Assembly: GCA_002269645.1 (NCBI GenBank)
Contig: NIVC01000538.1
Span: 248,001 to 312,000, forward strand
Direction of reading: 5' to 3'
From: Macrostomum lignano
Taxonomy: Eukaryota
DNA length: 64,000 nucleotides
Shown: in pieces, positions 25,440-38,389 of the stretch
How positions within the stretch are numbered: the first letter of the stretch is position 1
How the letters are laid out: each line of letters opens with the position of its first letter
Position numbers and translations under genes: made by a program
Notes under the pieces: model-generated
Database searches by the model: none
What the model was told of the DNA's origin: nothing
Seen by the model: only the letters and a program-made list of their open reading frames with translations

Positions 25440-27044
25440 AGCTGCAACATGTAACATGTCGGTTTACTGTGAGTTTCTAATATTTCTGCGTCAAGCAGTG
25501 TTCTGACTCAAGCAATTTGAAAAATTTGAAAAAGCAGTGCGGCTAAAATACCAGCAGTAATAAAGTTTGTACTAAATCAAAAAATAAAAGTAAATAATAT
25601 TGTGATTATAGATAAAATAGTCTAAAAGTAATACGAGCGTATCTATCAGATACAAAATAATTCTCAGGATGGATAAAATTGAGTCGGCAAAAAGATAAGC
25701 GAATTGCTAATAGTCAGATAATGGAGGTAGAAGGATAAGACGAGACGAGGACGAGATAAAACTTTATAGGCACAGTGGAATTGAAATGACAGGCAAAAGT
25801 ACAATAAAACCGTGACTTAAATGTAAAATTCATATGAATTGAGCGCTGCTGTCTTCAGTGATTAGATTTTAACAATGTAACAATGTAAATCTGTTGCTAT
25901 CTTGCAAGCTATACCAGCATGCATAAAAAACTCAGCCAGAGAGTTTGCGTTTTAGCGCGCGCGTAGAAAAAGGTGAGTAAGCTGAGATGAAACTAAACTA
26001 CCGTAGATTGAATTACTTTGCTTTATTCAAATGTTAAAATTCGTATGTGGTACTCGTATCTATCGATAAACGAAATTGCCAACCGTAAGTAAGGTAAGAA
26101 AAGCTTTTTTTGCTAGTTAGAGCCAGTGAATCCAGTTACGCAATTTGGTACACCGGGTGGGTTTTGGGTTAATGATTCAGCGACGGGCTAAAGCCTGGTG
26201 AGTCATACAAATGCATCGATGAATTTTCTTTTTGTGGGTACATTCACAGAAAGGATGGAAGACTTGAATGGGTTAGTGCCAATGTTCTTGATACGATAAT
26301 TATATCTGGCGCATCTTGACATATTGTGAGGATGGTTTGAGTCTGCCTTGCAGTTTAGTATAATGAATTCTTTTTTCGCCCTTTCTCCATACTGCTATTC
26401 ATTTTATTATCCTTACCTGTTCGGCCTGTGCCCAAACTTCTACAGAGTGCAGCATCTGCAGAAAATTCCACAGCAGCAGCAGCGGCAGCAGCGTTTTGAT
26501 TTGCGACAAGTTTTAATTTGCCTCTGTAATTATTGAATCGTACAGCTCTGGTAACATAAACATAACATTGCGGTAGCTGACTACTTCTGAGTGTTTAACT
26601 ACTAAGAAATCAATCCGAAGCATATGTAAAGTAAAAGTTGATTGCGTTTAAAATTCACATGGGCTATGTGCTTCTACAGCCATTACGCTGGCCAATAAAT
26701 GGCTGACTGTCGGCGAGCCGCCCTGGCTGCTGTCACCGCCACTACAGACGCCACCACATGCACCAACGCAGCAGCCGCCAATTCTGCCGCCACTAACGAT
26801 GGTGTGAATGACTAAGTGTAATTAATGCTGCTTATAACGTTTCTAATCAGAATAATTCGTGGTTATCTGACCAAAGGATAAAACATCCAGCAATGCTGAA
26901 AAAATAAATGCGAAGCTCTAGCCACTGCCGTTATGCTTTCTGGACAGAGTCTTTTCCTTTCTTCTTCCATGCATGCGCAGCGGATATCGCAACGGATTGC
27001 CCCTTTAGGATCTACTAGGGCTTCATGGAGCTTCATTCACTCAC

Positions 27045-27450
27045 TCACTGAGATTCATTCACTGCGAGTTGTCCCTTAACGACTATGCTGCGGCGGCGAG
27101 GAAGATCTCTGCAATCTGCCGCGATGTGCCCGCGCCGCAGGCAGAACCGGCAGAGTCCAACTGTGAAAAGAAAGCGATTAGATTTGTCACATATTAGTTT
27201 GTGACGTATATTCATTTGTTCGTACACTTCAAAAATTGAAAGGCAACGTAAAGATGTCAAACGACAACTGATTTAGTCAAAACTACCCCTCTAAACAAAC
27301 TCGTAATACAATAAACTTACGTGCGCGCATTTTCTCTCGCACGAACCGGGTCCGCGCCGAACTAGAGTGTAGCTCAATTACTTGGTGCTGGTGCTGTTCC
27401 TGTTGCTGTTGTTGTTGCCGTTGCTGCTGCATCAGCCAGAGTGGGAGCAT
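27045..27450 (-). CDS. Spliced Q-rich/CCHC zinc-knuckle mini-gene, copy A (exons ~27450..27321 and 27160..27045)
   Basis: A 160-nt GT-AG intron (27161..27320, phase 1) gives ..SSARTRFVREKMRA-L-GLCRFCLRRGHIAADCRDLPRRR, a C-x2-C-x4-H-x4-C knuckle. Confidence 0.7.
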
Positions 27451-28261
27451 GGGGGACCGGGAAAGGATAAGGATAAGGATAGCGATAGCGATAGGGATAC
27501 GGATAGGTATTGGGATTGGGATAACTTATATAGGGATTCATATAGCTCGTAGTGTATAGTAGGAAATGCACTTAGTAGGAAAAAGACTGGCCTGGGCCTT
27601 TTAGCCTAATGTTGCAAGCTTTAACTTATTTTTGCATTTTGTTCAGGCGTATAGTGAAATTGTTAAGAACAGAGTTGGTTATATAGACTATGTTGTTGAG
27701 TGGCCAAAACCAGATAATGGCTGCCTGCTCCACCCCAAATTTTCTGTTTTTACCACCAAATCTCTTGTTATCTCTAGCAATGATTGGCTCATCCTGTCGG
27801 CTTTTGATTACTAAGTTATTTCTAACCAATCAGGCTACTCCCCAGCCCAGCCTAATAAGCCTATATTTTGTTTTCAGTGGACAATGAGAGTGAGACATCA
27901 TACTTTAATCACCTCATTATTGATTTTATCTGGTGTCTCTACCTGTGTCGTGAAAATTTAGCCATAAAAATGAACTTTTAAGTTTAGGTGTAAGTGTAAG
28001 TTTTGTTTTGTAAGAAATAATAAAGTGCTGTTAGTATTTGTTGTTATAGTCTAAAAATATAACAATATAACTTTTCGCGGCTCGTGTAAACAGCCCAAAT
28101 AAAATAATTGCATGAAAAAATTCTCAGCGATCCAGTTCGACCCAGCGGAGGGGTTGGCGCTGACTGCAGCCCCAAATCGACACTATAGTGCCTGCAATTC
28201 TCCCGCATTAATAATGAAAACAAAGTACGTGTAGGACCAAAATGAGTTTCTGCGGTGCTAC

Positions 28262-28752
28262 AATTAGTGCCTGCGCGTTAAATGAGTGCCTGCGGCGCTA
28301 AAATGAGTGTCTGCCTGCGGCGCCAAAATGAGTGTCTGCCTGCGGTGCCAAAATGAGTGTCTGCCTGCGGCGCTTAAATGAGTGTCTGCCTGCGGCGCCA
28401 AAATGAGTGTCTGCCTGCGGCGCTTAAATGAGTGTCTGCCTGCGGCGATAAATGAGTGTCTGCCTGCGGTTCCAAAATGAGCGTCTGCCTGCGGTGCTAA
28501 AATAAGTGTCTGCGGTTCCAAAATGAGTGTCTGCCTGCGGTGCCAAAACGAGCGTCTGCCTGCGGTGCCAAAATGAGCGTCTGCCTGCGGTGCCAAAACA
28601 AGTGCCTGCGGTTCCAAAATGAGTGTCTGCCTGCGGTGCCAAAATGAGCGTCTGTCTGCGGTGCCAAAACGAGCGTCTGCGGTTTCAAAATGAGTGTCTG
28701 CCTGCGGTTACAAAATGAGCGTCTGCTTGCAGTGCCAAAATAAGTGCCTGCA
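28262..28752 (+). repeat. 25-bp minisatellite (GCGGTGCCAAAATGAGTGTCTGCCT, with 21-bp variants), copy A
   Basis: Tandem units with a 25-bp period (e.g. 28322 and 28347). Confidence 0.95.
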
Positions 28753-28794
28753 AGTGCCTTTAGTGTGAGCTTCATGCAAGATGCTCACACTAAA

Positions 28795-29340
28795 GTTGTT
28801 ACAGATGACTAATGATATTTGGATTTGTGAAAAAACTGTCACTCGTACATGTAGTTTGCGTAAACATTCACTCTAAATGTTAAGTTTTGCGAACCTTGGA
28901 AAACTAAAAACTAAATTGTTTTGTCTTTTGCATAAATTTGCGATATAAAACAGGTAAAGTTTTTACTCGAAATACGCTCGTATAATGAAATTTCAGGTGA
29001 AAAAAAGAGAAAAGACTTGATTCATTCAAAGCAGTTCAAAAAAAGATTTGTTTCAAAAGTTACTTTCGGCTAATATGAAATTGCTTTAAAATACAAGTTA
29101 ACTGTAAAGTGCAAATTGACTGTAAAAATTAATACAATGAATAAAATAAGCCTAATTGAGCTTCAACATAAAGTTCATCAGCTATTAGCTCGTACTCACT
29201 GCCATGCAATATCTACACTTCGTTAGAAATGAGGGTGGGGCAATAAGTTTCCTGCGATTCTTTTAGGAATGAGAGCTATTGAGAGCTATTGCTCTTGCTT
29301 TAGAGAATGAGAGCTATTGCTTTAGAGATGTGGGGAAATC
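28795..29340. repeat. ~550-bp AT-rich block duplicated at ~36330..36850
   Basis: Long shared runs, e.g. CACTCTAAATGTTAAG, CTTGGAAAACTAAAAACTAAATTGTT, AAGTTACTTTCGGCTAATATGAAATTG, TTTTAGGAATGAGAGCTATT. Confidence 0.9.
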
Positions 29341-30784
29341 ACAGTTGACGTGCTTTAAGAATTTGGGGTTGCTCGGATCTGGGCCTGAAGATCTTGGTAT
29401 CCCACCGCTATCACCAGTGAAGTGTCTCGGTATCTGGCTGCTAGGGTGAGGCGGACTGCTATTGGCCGAGGCAACCTTAGCAAGCACGCTTATGGGGACT
29501 GAGACTGGGGAGAAATCTAAAATTAAGGGACAGGACTCAATGGTAGCAAATGGCCTGAGCGGCGCAGTCCTGGCACTGACAATGTCCGCGCTTGAGCGTG
29601 TCTGAGTTTAGCTCTCAGAGGACCCCTAACTCCTACTAACCTAATAGCTACGTCTCGCGCAGATGGGCGGCGAGGAATAGGTCTATGCGCCTGCGGCAGC
29701 AATAGACTCTAGGCCTATAAACTGACAGCTAGTTCTTAGGATCGCGCACGAGTGCTGCGACTGCACACTCACTTTCACTCTTCGCGCCTGTGTCGCGAAT
29801 AGACACTAGCAGAATGGCTTCAGCCAACTGATTTCCTGCCAATAGGGTAGGCTGGAAAACCAGAGCTATAGCACTAGCAATGCTCTACCAAGACCTGCTC
29901 AGGAGCGTGCTTTCTGCTTGAGCGCTGCAATGCTCTACCAAGACCTGCTCAGGAGCTTTGCTTCGCTGTTAACCGGCGCTAGAGCGCTTTTTCGGAGATA
30001 GCTCTCGACGAGACTGACCAGCGGTCAAAACGGTTCTGAGGAAAAATTCAGACAAGCGGGCCTGCATTCGTTAATATAGAACGCGGAGGGTGGAGCGTTT
30101 GGGCATTCCGTGGCTTGACCATGGAACTGCAGCCCGAAAAGTGCGGATAATGATGCACAACAGATATTGATTAAACATGGGGGGAGAAAGTAGCTTGTAC
30201 GAAGCGCCGACAGTCGCCTCCAGCCACTAGTGACAATAGCATGCCAAATTTGGGCTTGTGCGCACAAGGCAGCACGTGAGGGAGGGTTCAGCTCGGGACA
30301 CGGGGTCCGCGAAACCCTCAGTCTAAAAATAGAATGACGCATGGGGAGAGGCTCGGACGCAGGAGGAACGAGAGAGCAAAAGGGGGAAGGGTCCAGAGAG
30401 CGCACGGGGGAGGAGTGCGGCTAACTAGACTTGCGGCAGGCCAGGCAACAACAGTACAGGCAAGCGCCAAATTTGGCGGCTTCCCTAACTAACCCTAGGC
30501 TAGGCAAAACTTCCTAATTTCCTATGTTGAGGATTGCGCCATATTGTGCAACTTCTGAGCGCCAAGGAAGGCTGCTTAGAGTGCGTGGAGGCAGCAGAAA
30601 ATTCCTATTCCAGATACTAGCAGCGTACAACAGTGCCTAAGATGTGACTGCGGCCCTATGCTTGCAGCAGAAGGCTGCGGCCACATCACAGTAATTATTA
30701 TTTTTCCTTAAAAATAAATGAATATACTTTCTAGCCCTTTGCATTTAGAAAATTATCGCTCACCCTCATTTTTATAATAAGAAA

Positions 30785-31550
30785 TTAGTCTTCAGTGAGA
30801 ACTTCTGAAAACACAACGTTTCTGGTCTTTGTTCCCGGAATCCGGACACGAACATTCACCGCATTCTTTGCTCGTGACAGCGCCGTGTACAGCTGGCCAT
30901 GTGTAAAGCAACCGACTGACAGGTCTACGCAAACTGTGTCCAGAGACTGTCCCTGTGACTTGTGGATCGTCAAGCAGAAACTCGGCTTCACAGGGAACTG
31001 CAGCCGCTTAAAACTGACTGGCAGTTCCGCGTTGCTTGGAATCAGCGGTATTCGCGGTAGAAGAATCTCGTCTCCCGTGAACTGGCCGGCGGCAATCTTG
31101 CATCGAAGCACGTTATCGCCTATTGCGAGTATGATCAGCCGCGTACCGTTGCACAATCGTTGCGGGTTGATGTTCCCCAGAAGCACTACTGGCATACCGA
31201 CTTTCAGCCTCAACAAGTGAATCGGAATCGGGGCATCCAGCTGGTTGAGCAACTCAGGCGGGAAGTGCGTAGCGGCATCCTCATCGGCCACACTGTCTAT
31301 CGAGCGGTACTCCAGCAGGCTGCCGGGGAACATGCTCAGGCACGTCTCGTTGATGGCATTCACTGAGTCATTGTACGGCGCCAGGATCGCTCGCCTTGCA
31401 AAGTAGCCGTTCCTCTCCACTGGCTTCTCAAACGATGGGTACACAAAATTGATCAGGTCAGTGAGAGGCCCCTCCGCAGAAATAACGATCTCGGCTGGCA
31501 GAGACACTTTCTCCTCTGCATCCTGCTCAATTGTTCCTGGGAGAAGTCAA
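30785..31550 (-). mobile_element. Helitron segment H1: terminal exon of the PIF1-like RepHel helicase
   Basis: RRAILAPYNDSV, LRLKVGMPVVLLGNINPQRLCNGTRL, ILLPRIPL, FKRLQFPVKPSFCLTIHKSQGQSL, FTHGQLYTALSRA; the frame is open for 240 aa. Confidence 0.95.
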
Positions 31551-32221
31551 ACAAAATTCAAGCATTTGAAACGCTAGACAGACTTTAAGATAGGCATTCT
31601 TGAATAAGTCACAATTTAAAAAATGCAGCTCTCCACAAGAAAGAAACCACAGATACTATAATAACTAGATAGGCCACTTAGGCAAATGTCCTTGGTTTTT
31701 CGTTTTTCTACTTTCAGTTCAGTAGCAAGTAAAGAATTCATAAGCTATATTCATAAGCTATATATAAGCTAAAACGACAGTGGGGGGCTTATATGGTTTA
31801 CGAGTGGAGCATGCAGACGTAAACAACTTAATGAGTTCAGCTGATTGTACATTGACTAATGCCACTAAAATGTACGAGTAGCTCGTATATGGCAGTTGGA
31901 CGAGAGCGCTTGGGGAGGAAATAAAAAGAGGTGGGGGTTAACTGTACAGGGTTATATCTAATAGGCGCGCGGAGTTGGAGTGGGGAGGGTTATAAGGGTC
32001 GCTACGTGAGCCAATAAGAAGTAAGGAAAGAATTAAGATAGAATCGGAACAGTCTAGCCCACCACAGATGCTATAAAACAGACTAGATTTCGCAAACACA
32101 ATTAACAAGACAAGCTCTGTTCATTTTCTCGACTCGAAGTGCCTGCCTTTATTAATATAAGATATTGTATAGATTTCTTCAATAAAATAAGATTTATTAA
32201 GATAAAATTGATTTGCTGACT

Positions 32222-33906
32222 ATGCTAAATAGTCGGCTTTGCTGCGCTTCTGGCTGTACGAGTTCCGTTACATCGCCAGTTAAAGACGGAATTCCGATTC
32301 GCCTTCATCGCTTTCCAAACGACGACAATGTGGCAAAACGCTGGCAGCAAATCTTAGAGCTCAACTTCATGGATCTCAATGAAATAAGAAGAAAATGCCT
32401 AAGAATATGCAGTAAGCATTTTACAGACTCTGCCTATAATTGTGAGCTTCAACGACATGACCAAACTTCTCGCCTGCGATGGAACGCTTTGCCAGACAAG
32501 GAGCTAGTACTCGTAATGCCTCGCCTTGTTCGAGAAGACCTGGAACCATCTGTTGTGAGAACGGATGAGGAGGCGGATAATATGTGCCCGCCCGAACTTC
32601 AGCGATTTGACTGCATTTCGACAAGTGCCGAGAAACCATTACAATGGGAGCAAAAGTCGACAAAATCTGCTTCGTCCATCATTTTTCCGAAAAGATTGCA
32701 GCTATCCGATGTCCCGGTTCAGCAGAGGAAAAAATCCTACATGGATTGCATCTACCAACAGCGCGTAACCATCAAGCGACTTCAAGACCAGATCGCCAAG
32801 GCAAAAGCAACAAAATTCAAAAGTGCGACAATGAGTCGGGTGATTCAGAGCAGCATCAAGCAGCAGTTTGTTGATTCCCGTGGAATGCGATGGTCAAAGA
32901 AAAGTATTTCCGAATCTATCCAGCTGCACCACAAGAGCCCAGCTGCCTACCGAATGCTGCGCAACAAGTGGAATTTTCCACTTCCATCCGAGTCATCGCT
33001 GAAGCGACGAACCCGGCAGTTCTTTTCATCCCCTGGTGTCTGCCAAAAAACGATCAAGCTGTTGCATGAAAAGCTTGCTAATGACCCCGAGCCACCATGA
33101 CCCCTAGCAACTCTCTGCTTGGATGGCATGAGTTTATCAGCCAGCATCCGCTACGTCGTCATGGTGACCGAGTCGTAGGCTATGATGAACACTCTGCTGA
33201 GGACCTTGAGCAAAATCTTCAGAGACCCGTAAACGAAGCAGTTGTTGCTGTTCTCCGTGGAATCTGGAGCAACTGGAAGCAACCAATTGCATACTATCAA
33301 GTACATAGAACCCTCGGTCAGCTTCGATTTAAGTCTGCGATAGACGAGTGCTTTCGCGCTGCCCATGAAGCTGGGGTTCGGGTTGTCGCACTGGTTGTTG
33401 ACCAAGAAACTACACAATGGGCCTACCTCAGCAAACTGGTGAGTTCAGTACTTTAATGATATAATGCCTTATAAATATTAAAGCATAGAGGAAATAATGC
33501 TCAAGTTTGGAAATATAAAAAAATTTATTTCGCACTAAAAATTATATTGCTATTGTTTCGAGATTTAAAACTTCAAATTAAAAAATCAATGTTTAATTTG
33601 TGCCAGTAAACGTTTTGATTACTTTAAGCCTTGCAACTTTTTATTTGTTTAGGTAAATCCTGTGGCTCCATTTCTAAACCATCCTGTGACGCAAAAGCCC
33701 ATATTTGTGATTATCGATGTCCCGCACTGCCTAAAGAATGCGCGCAATGCCCTCATGAAGAACAACATCATTTTCGATGGAGACAAGCAAGCAAGATGGC
33801 AAGACCTAGTCGACTTCTACGAAAGGGACAGCAGCCGATCGCTTAGACTGGCGAGTCGGCTGAGCGATGCGCACTTCAACCTTCAATTGGGCCAGAAAAT
33901 GAAGGT
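32222..33906 (+). pseudogene. THAP-domain P-element-type transposase, disrupted and 3'-truncated (exons 32222..33438 and ~33653..33906)
   Basis: THAP motif CCASGC...LHRFP...KRWQQ...RICSKHF; MRWSK...HKSPAAYRML...LPSESSLKRR; LCLDGMSL after a stop at 33098; NWKQPIAYY; ALVVDQ; DVPHCLKNARN; it ends at GQKMKV. Confidence 0.9.
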
Positions 33907-33923
33907 CTACCCCAGCCGCTCAG

Positions 33924-34305
33924 ATCTTGCAATCTTGCAATCCTGATCCGATTTATTCCAATCTTGCAATCCTGATCCGATTTATTCCAATCTTGCAATC
34001 CTGATCCGATTTATTCCAATCTTGCAATCCTGATCCGATTTATTCCAATCTTGCAATCCTGATCCGATTTATTCCAATCTTGCAATCCTGATCCGATTTA
34101 TTCCAATCTTGCAATCCTGATCCGATTTATTCCAATCCCGATCCCATTTATTCCAATCTTGCAATCCTGATCCGATTTATCCCAATCCCGATCCCATTTA
34201 TTCCAATCTTGCAATCCTGATCCCATTTATCCCAATCCCGATCCCATTTATTCCAATCTTGCAATCCTGATCCCATTTATCCCAATCCTGGTTCCATTTA
34301 TCGCC
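33924..34305 (+). repeat. 29-bp tandem repeat (ATCTTGCAATCCTGATCCGATTTATTCCA)
   Basis: 29-bp period (33961, 33990, ...), degenerating rightwards. Confidence 0.95.
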
Positions 34306-35131
34306 AATCCCTTCAAAATCAGTCTGTTTAGTTTGGATTTTTAGCAGTTCAAGATTAATTATTGGCTCATCTATTGTATAACTATGATACGACATCATAA
34401 GTAGTCATTTTCTTTTGAGTTTTAATACTCAAATTATGCTTAAGTCAATGGATTTATAAGCGTTTAAGTTATATGTCATTCCTTCTTTGTCTTGGTCGCC
34501 TATTTTGAATGTTGCAACAAAACTTTTAATCATACCGAGCGTGACCGCTACTTGTCAATTTCGTTAACAGTAGTATCTGATGTACACGCTAAGACAGATT
34601 TTTATTCGAAATTAAATTAATAATTCGAATAAACAGCAGTTGAACTATGAGCTATCCATGATGGCAAACTCAGTCAAACGAGTTCTAATAAAAAATAAAC
34701 ATTCCATGCACATTAACTCCAGAAAATATTCATAAATTTCATAAACTCATAAATTCATAAAATTCATAAACAGGCACAATATGTGCCGAAAGGTTAACAA
34801 ACAACTGGACAGACAGAACAAGTGCCCAGTAATAAATTCTGTGCGGATCTTTATTTGACAAATTATCTGTACACTTTCTTTTACAATTTTTAATTAACCA
34901 ATTGTTAAACTACTTCAGAAACAGTTTATGTAGTAAAATGTGTGCCCTAGCAACTGACAGAGTATACATATAGCAAATAATAAAAAGGAATAGGAAATAT
35001 AAAAAATATAGGAAATCATTTTTATCGTTTAAAAAAACTGTCTCAACAGTTGCTATGTATAGAGTTATGCTACTGAACTTATCAATTTGTCAGGTGTCAC
35101 AAAACAGAAAACGTTTGGATAGAAAACTTCT

Positions 35132-35533
35132 TCATCCTTCAACGGTGCTGCGGCTGCGGCTGCGGCGGGGTAGATCACGGCACTCTGCCGCAATGTGGCC
35201 GCGCCGCAGGCAGAATCGGCAGAGTCCGACTGAAAAGAAAGCGATTAGATTTGTCACATTAGTTTTGTGACGTATATTCACTTCACACGAAAACTACCCC
35301 TCTAAACAAACTCGTAATACAGTTAACTTACGAGCGCGCATTTCATCTCTGACAAAACGAGTTCGCGCCGAACGCGACTGTAGCTGCACTTGATGCTGCT
35401 GTGGTTGTTGTTGCTGCTGTTGCTGCTGTTGCTGCTGTTGCTGCTGTTGCTGCTGTTGCTGTTGCTGCTGCTGCTGATCGACCTCAGGTTGCATCGGCCA
35501 GGGTGCCGGTGGGAGCGGTTGGTAAGAGGGCAT
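35132..35533 (-). CDS. Spliced poly-Q/CCHC zinc-knuckle mini-gene, copy B (exons 35533..35332 and 35229..35132)
   Basis: A 102-nt GT-AG intron (35230..35331) lies at the same position and phase as in copy A. The product is MPSYQPLPPAPWPMQPEVD-polyQ-...RSARTRFVRDEMRA-L-GLCRFCLRRGHIAAECRDLPRR*. Confidence 0.72.
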
Positions 35534-35565
35534 CCCAGTAGATGGAGGGGGGATGAAGGGGGGGG

Positions 35566-35826
35566 CCAAAATGAGTGTCTGCGGTGCCAAAATGAGTGTC
35601 TGCCTGCGACGCCAAAATGAGTGTCTGCCTGCGACGCCAAAATGAGTGTCTGCCTGCGACGCCAAAATGAGTGTCTGTGGTGCCAAAATGAGTGTCTGTG
35701 GTGCCAAAATGAGTGTCTGCCTGCGGCGCCAAAACGAGTGTCTGCGGTGCCAAAATGAGTTTTTGTAGTACCAAAATGAGTGTCTGCGGTGCCAAAATGA
35801 GTGTCTGCCGGCTACGCCAAAATGAG
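35566..35826 (+). repeat. 25-bp minisatellite, copy B (same family as 28262..28752)
   Basis: Same GCCAAAATGAGTGTCTGC core. Confidence 0.95.
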
Positions 35827-36329
35827 CGCTGAAAACACCGATTCTCAAAATAATGTAGGAATGCACATGTAGAATTCTTGGCTTTGTCTCCCCCCACCAT
35901 AAATTCCACGGCGGCGCCCCTGAATGAATCTTTTGACCTTTCTGAAGTTTGCAATATTCATTTTCTGCAATTTTGCATTAATCCTTGACTCAGCTTTTGC
36001 AAAAATATTTTCTCTGAAATATAACCCCAACTAACTCAAATTTTAAGTTAGATCGCTCCATTTCGTTTATATTTTTGATGGTCTCTTTCTTTCGCGCTAA
36101 GATTTTCTGTTTGGCTCTATTTCCTTAGCCTTTGCGCTTTGCCTCAGTCTATTCGTATTTGTTTCGGCAAAGATTAAGAAATGAAGTAAGACACAAGCTT
36201 CATTCAGGGCCTTCGCCTTAGTTAAAATTGACATCTTGTGAGTTTCGATATTATTCAACTTTCAATTTATGGAAGACGAAGGCCCCGTCGCAAGTTGATG
36301 CAAATAGTTTTTTATGAACTTACAGTCCA

Positions 36330-36850
36330 CAGTTGTTACAGGTGACTTAAGATATTTTGGATTTTTGAAAAAAGACTGTCACTCGTAGTTTGCGCAAAAA
36401 AATTCACTCTAAATGTTAAGTTTTTGCACACCTTGGAAAACTAAAAACTAAATTGTTTCGTCTTTTGCATAAATTTGCGATATAAAATAGGTAAAGTTAT
36501 TATTCGAATTATAATGAAATTTCAGGTGAAAAATAAAAGACAAAGTTAACTGCTCATCAAAGACTTGATTCATTCAAAGCAGTGCAAAAGAAGGTTTTTT
36601 TCAAAAGTTACTTTCGGCTAATATGAAATTGCCTTAAAATACAAATTAACTGTAAGTGCAAATTGACTGTAGAAATTAATAAAATGAATAAAATAAGCCT
36701 AATTGAGCTTCAACATAAAATTCATCAACTATAGCTCGTACTCACTGCGATTGCAATATCTACGCTTCGTTAGAAATGACGTTGCGGCAATATGTTTCCT
36801 GTGATTCTTTTAGGAATGAGAGCTATTACTTTAGAGATATGGGGGAAATA
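36330..36850. repeat. Second copy of the AT-rich block at 28795..29340
   Basis: Direct sequence match, in the same orientation. Confidence 0.9.
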
Positions 36851-38389
36851 ATTATTCTATTTGCTACAGGGCTCTTGTCTTTCTGTCTAAGAATCTCACT
36901 GCTGCAACCAATTTGCTACAGGGGTCTTGGGGAAGGAGCGTTTTCCTATTGCTGACACCAATTTGTCGTAAGATAAACTTCTACCTGTGGTTTAATCACA
37001 ACGCTGCTGCCAAGTTGTTGTAGGGGTCGGGGCTTATTGGGGATTTCTTGGGAATTTCTTCGGATTCGGGGAAGGACTGCGCAATTTATACTACTGACAG
37101 GAGTAAGCCGTAGGTTGCTCCTGGTGGCGTGGTGTGTCCGAGCGGCAAGACACAGTTTCTATTCTCAGTCCGGGAAATATAGATGGGAGAGGGAATTAAG
37201 GGCTTCGCGATGGATCGGAGTTGCCTGGGAAAGCGTACTAATGGGGAATTTCTAAATACTAATAGGGAATGCTGACAGCATTAGATAAGAAGGCAATCTG
37301 CCTAATGAATGTGGGAAATTTCGACTAGGAAGGGTTGGGATTGGGAGCGGGGATGCCGGGGGGGCAGACTGTACGTCTGAGGGAATAAGGCTGTACACCT
37401 GAGCAGACAGACTGTCCACTAAAAGGGGGGAGGGGCAGAAGCGGCGGGCGCCAGTTCTGCTGGGAGAAGGGAAAGAGACAAAACTCGGGGGGGGGGGCAG
37501 GACTGAACGTCCCGGGGAAAGGGGAAGAAGTTTTAAACACTTCTAACTGTACAGGCTTCGCAGGGGGAAAGGCGGAACGCCTTTAAATGACTAAGACGGA
37601 GCTATTTTTAGAACAGTGTTCAGTTACAACCGCTGAATAACTAGACTAGCGGAGGTCTCAGCGAACGAAGCAGGTAAGGCAGGAGGCGGAAGATGCTTTC
37701 TTTCTCGATATATTTTCTTGGTTATATAGGATTTGCTAACAAAATGGCGGACGCATTTAAACTAATAGAACACTAGATTATACGGTAGGCTACTAATCGA
37801 AACTAATAATTACTACTAACGATATAAAATACTTATTTATGTAGGCACAAATAATTTCTTGTAGTTTTTAGAAAAATAGTCGTATTATACGTGAAATCAG
37901 TAGACAAAATAGACAAAAATAGGCAAAGTAGGCAAAATAATAGGCAACTGTTGCATATTTTTCCTTAAAAATAAATGAATATACTTTCTAGCCTTTTGCA
38001 TAAGGAAAATTTTTGCTCACCCCTCATTTCTTACGATAAATAAATTAGTCTTCAGTGAGAACTTCTGGAAACACAACGTTTCTTGTCCTTGTTCCCGGAA
38101 TCCGGACACGAACATTTGCCGCGTTCCTTGCTCGTGACAGCGACGTGTACAGCTGGCCATGCGTGAAGCAACCGACTGACAGGTCAATGCCAACTGTGTC
38201 CAGAGACTGTCCCTGCGACTTGTGGATCGTCAGGCAGAAACTCGGCTTCACAGGGAACTGCAGCCGCTTAAAACTGACGGGGAGGTCCGCATTTCTTGGA
38301 ATCAGCGGGATTCGCGGCAGAAGAATCTCGTCTCCCGTGAACTGGCCGGCGGCAATCTTGCATCTAAGCACGTTCTCGCCCATCGCGAG

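Noticed and set aside
28262-28752. 25-bp repeat array (also the 29-bp array at 33924 and the 69-bp array at 46521) as a CRISPR array
   Set aside because: The units are head-to-tail with no unique spacers, no cas genes are present, and the context is eukaryotic.
29878-29957. Duplicated GCTCCTGAGCAGG...GTAGAGC (minus strand) as hammerhead remnants
   Set aside because: The CUGANGA box is imperfect and stem II and GAAA are absent, so it cannot be supported.
30795-31220. Plus-strand ORFs opposite Helitron, LINE and PLE coding regions (e.g. 30795, 38055, 40824, 53370, 61712)
   Set aside because: They are antisense shadows of GC-rich coding sequence with no independent motifs.
35294-35954. Long ORFs through the 25-bp array (also 28264..28775)
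   Set aside because: They are repeat-derived. Only the part from 35533 downward is supported, by splice sites and a paralogue.
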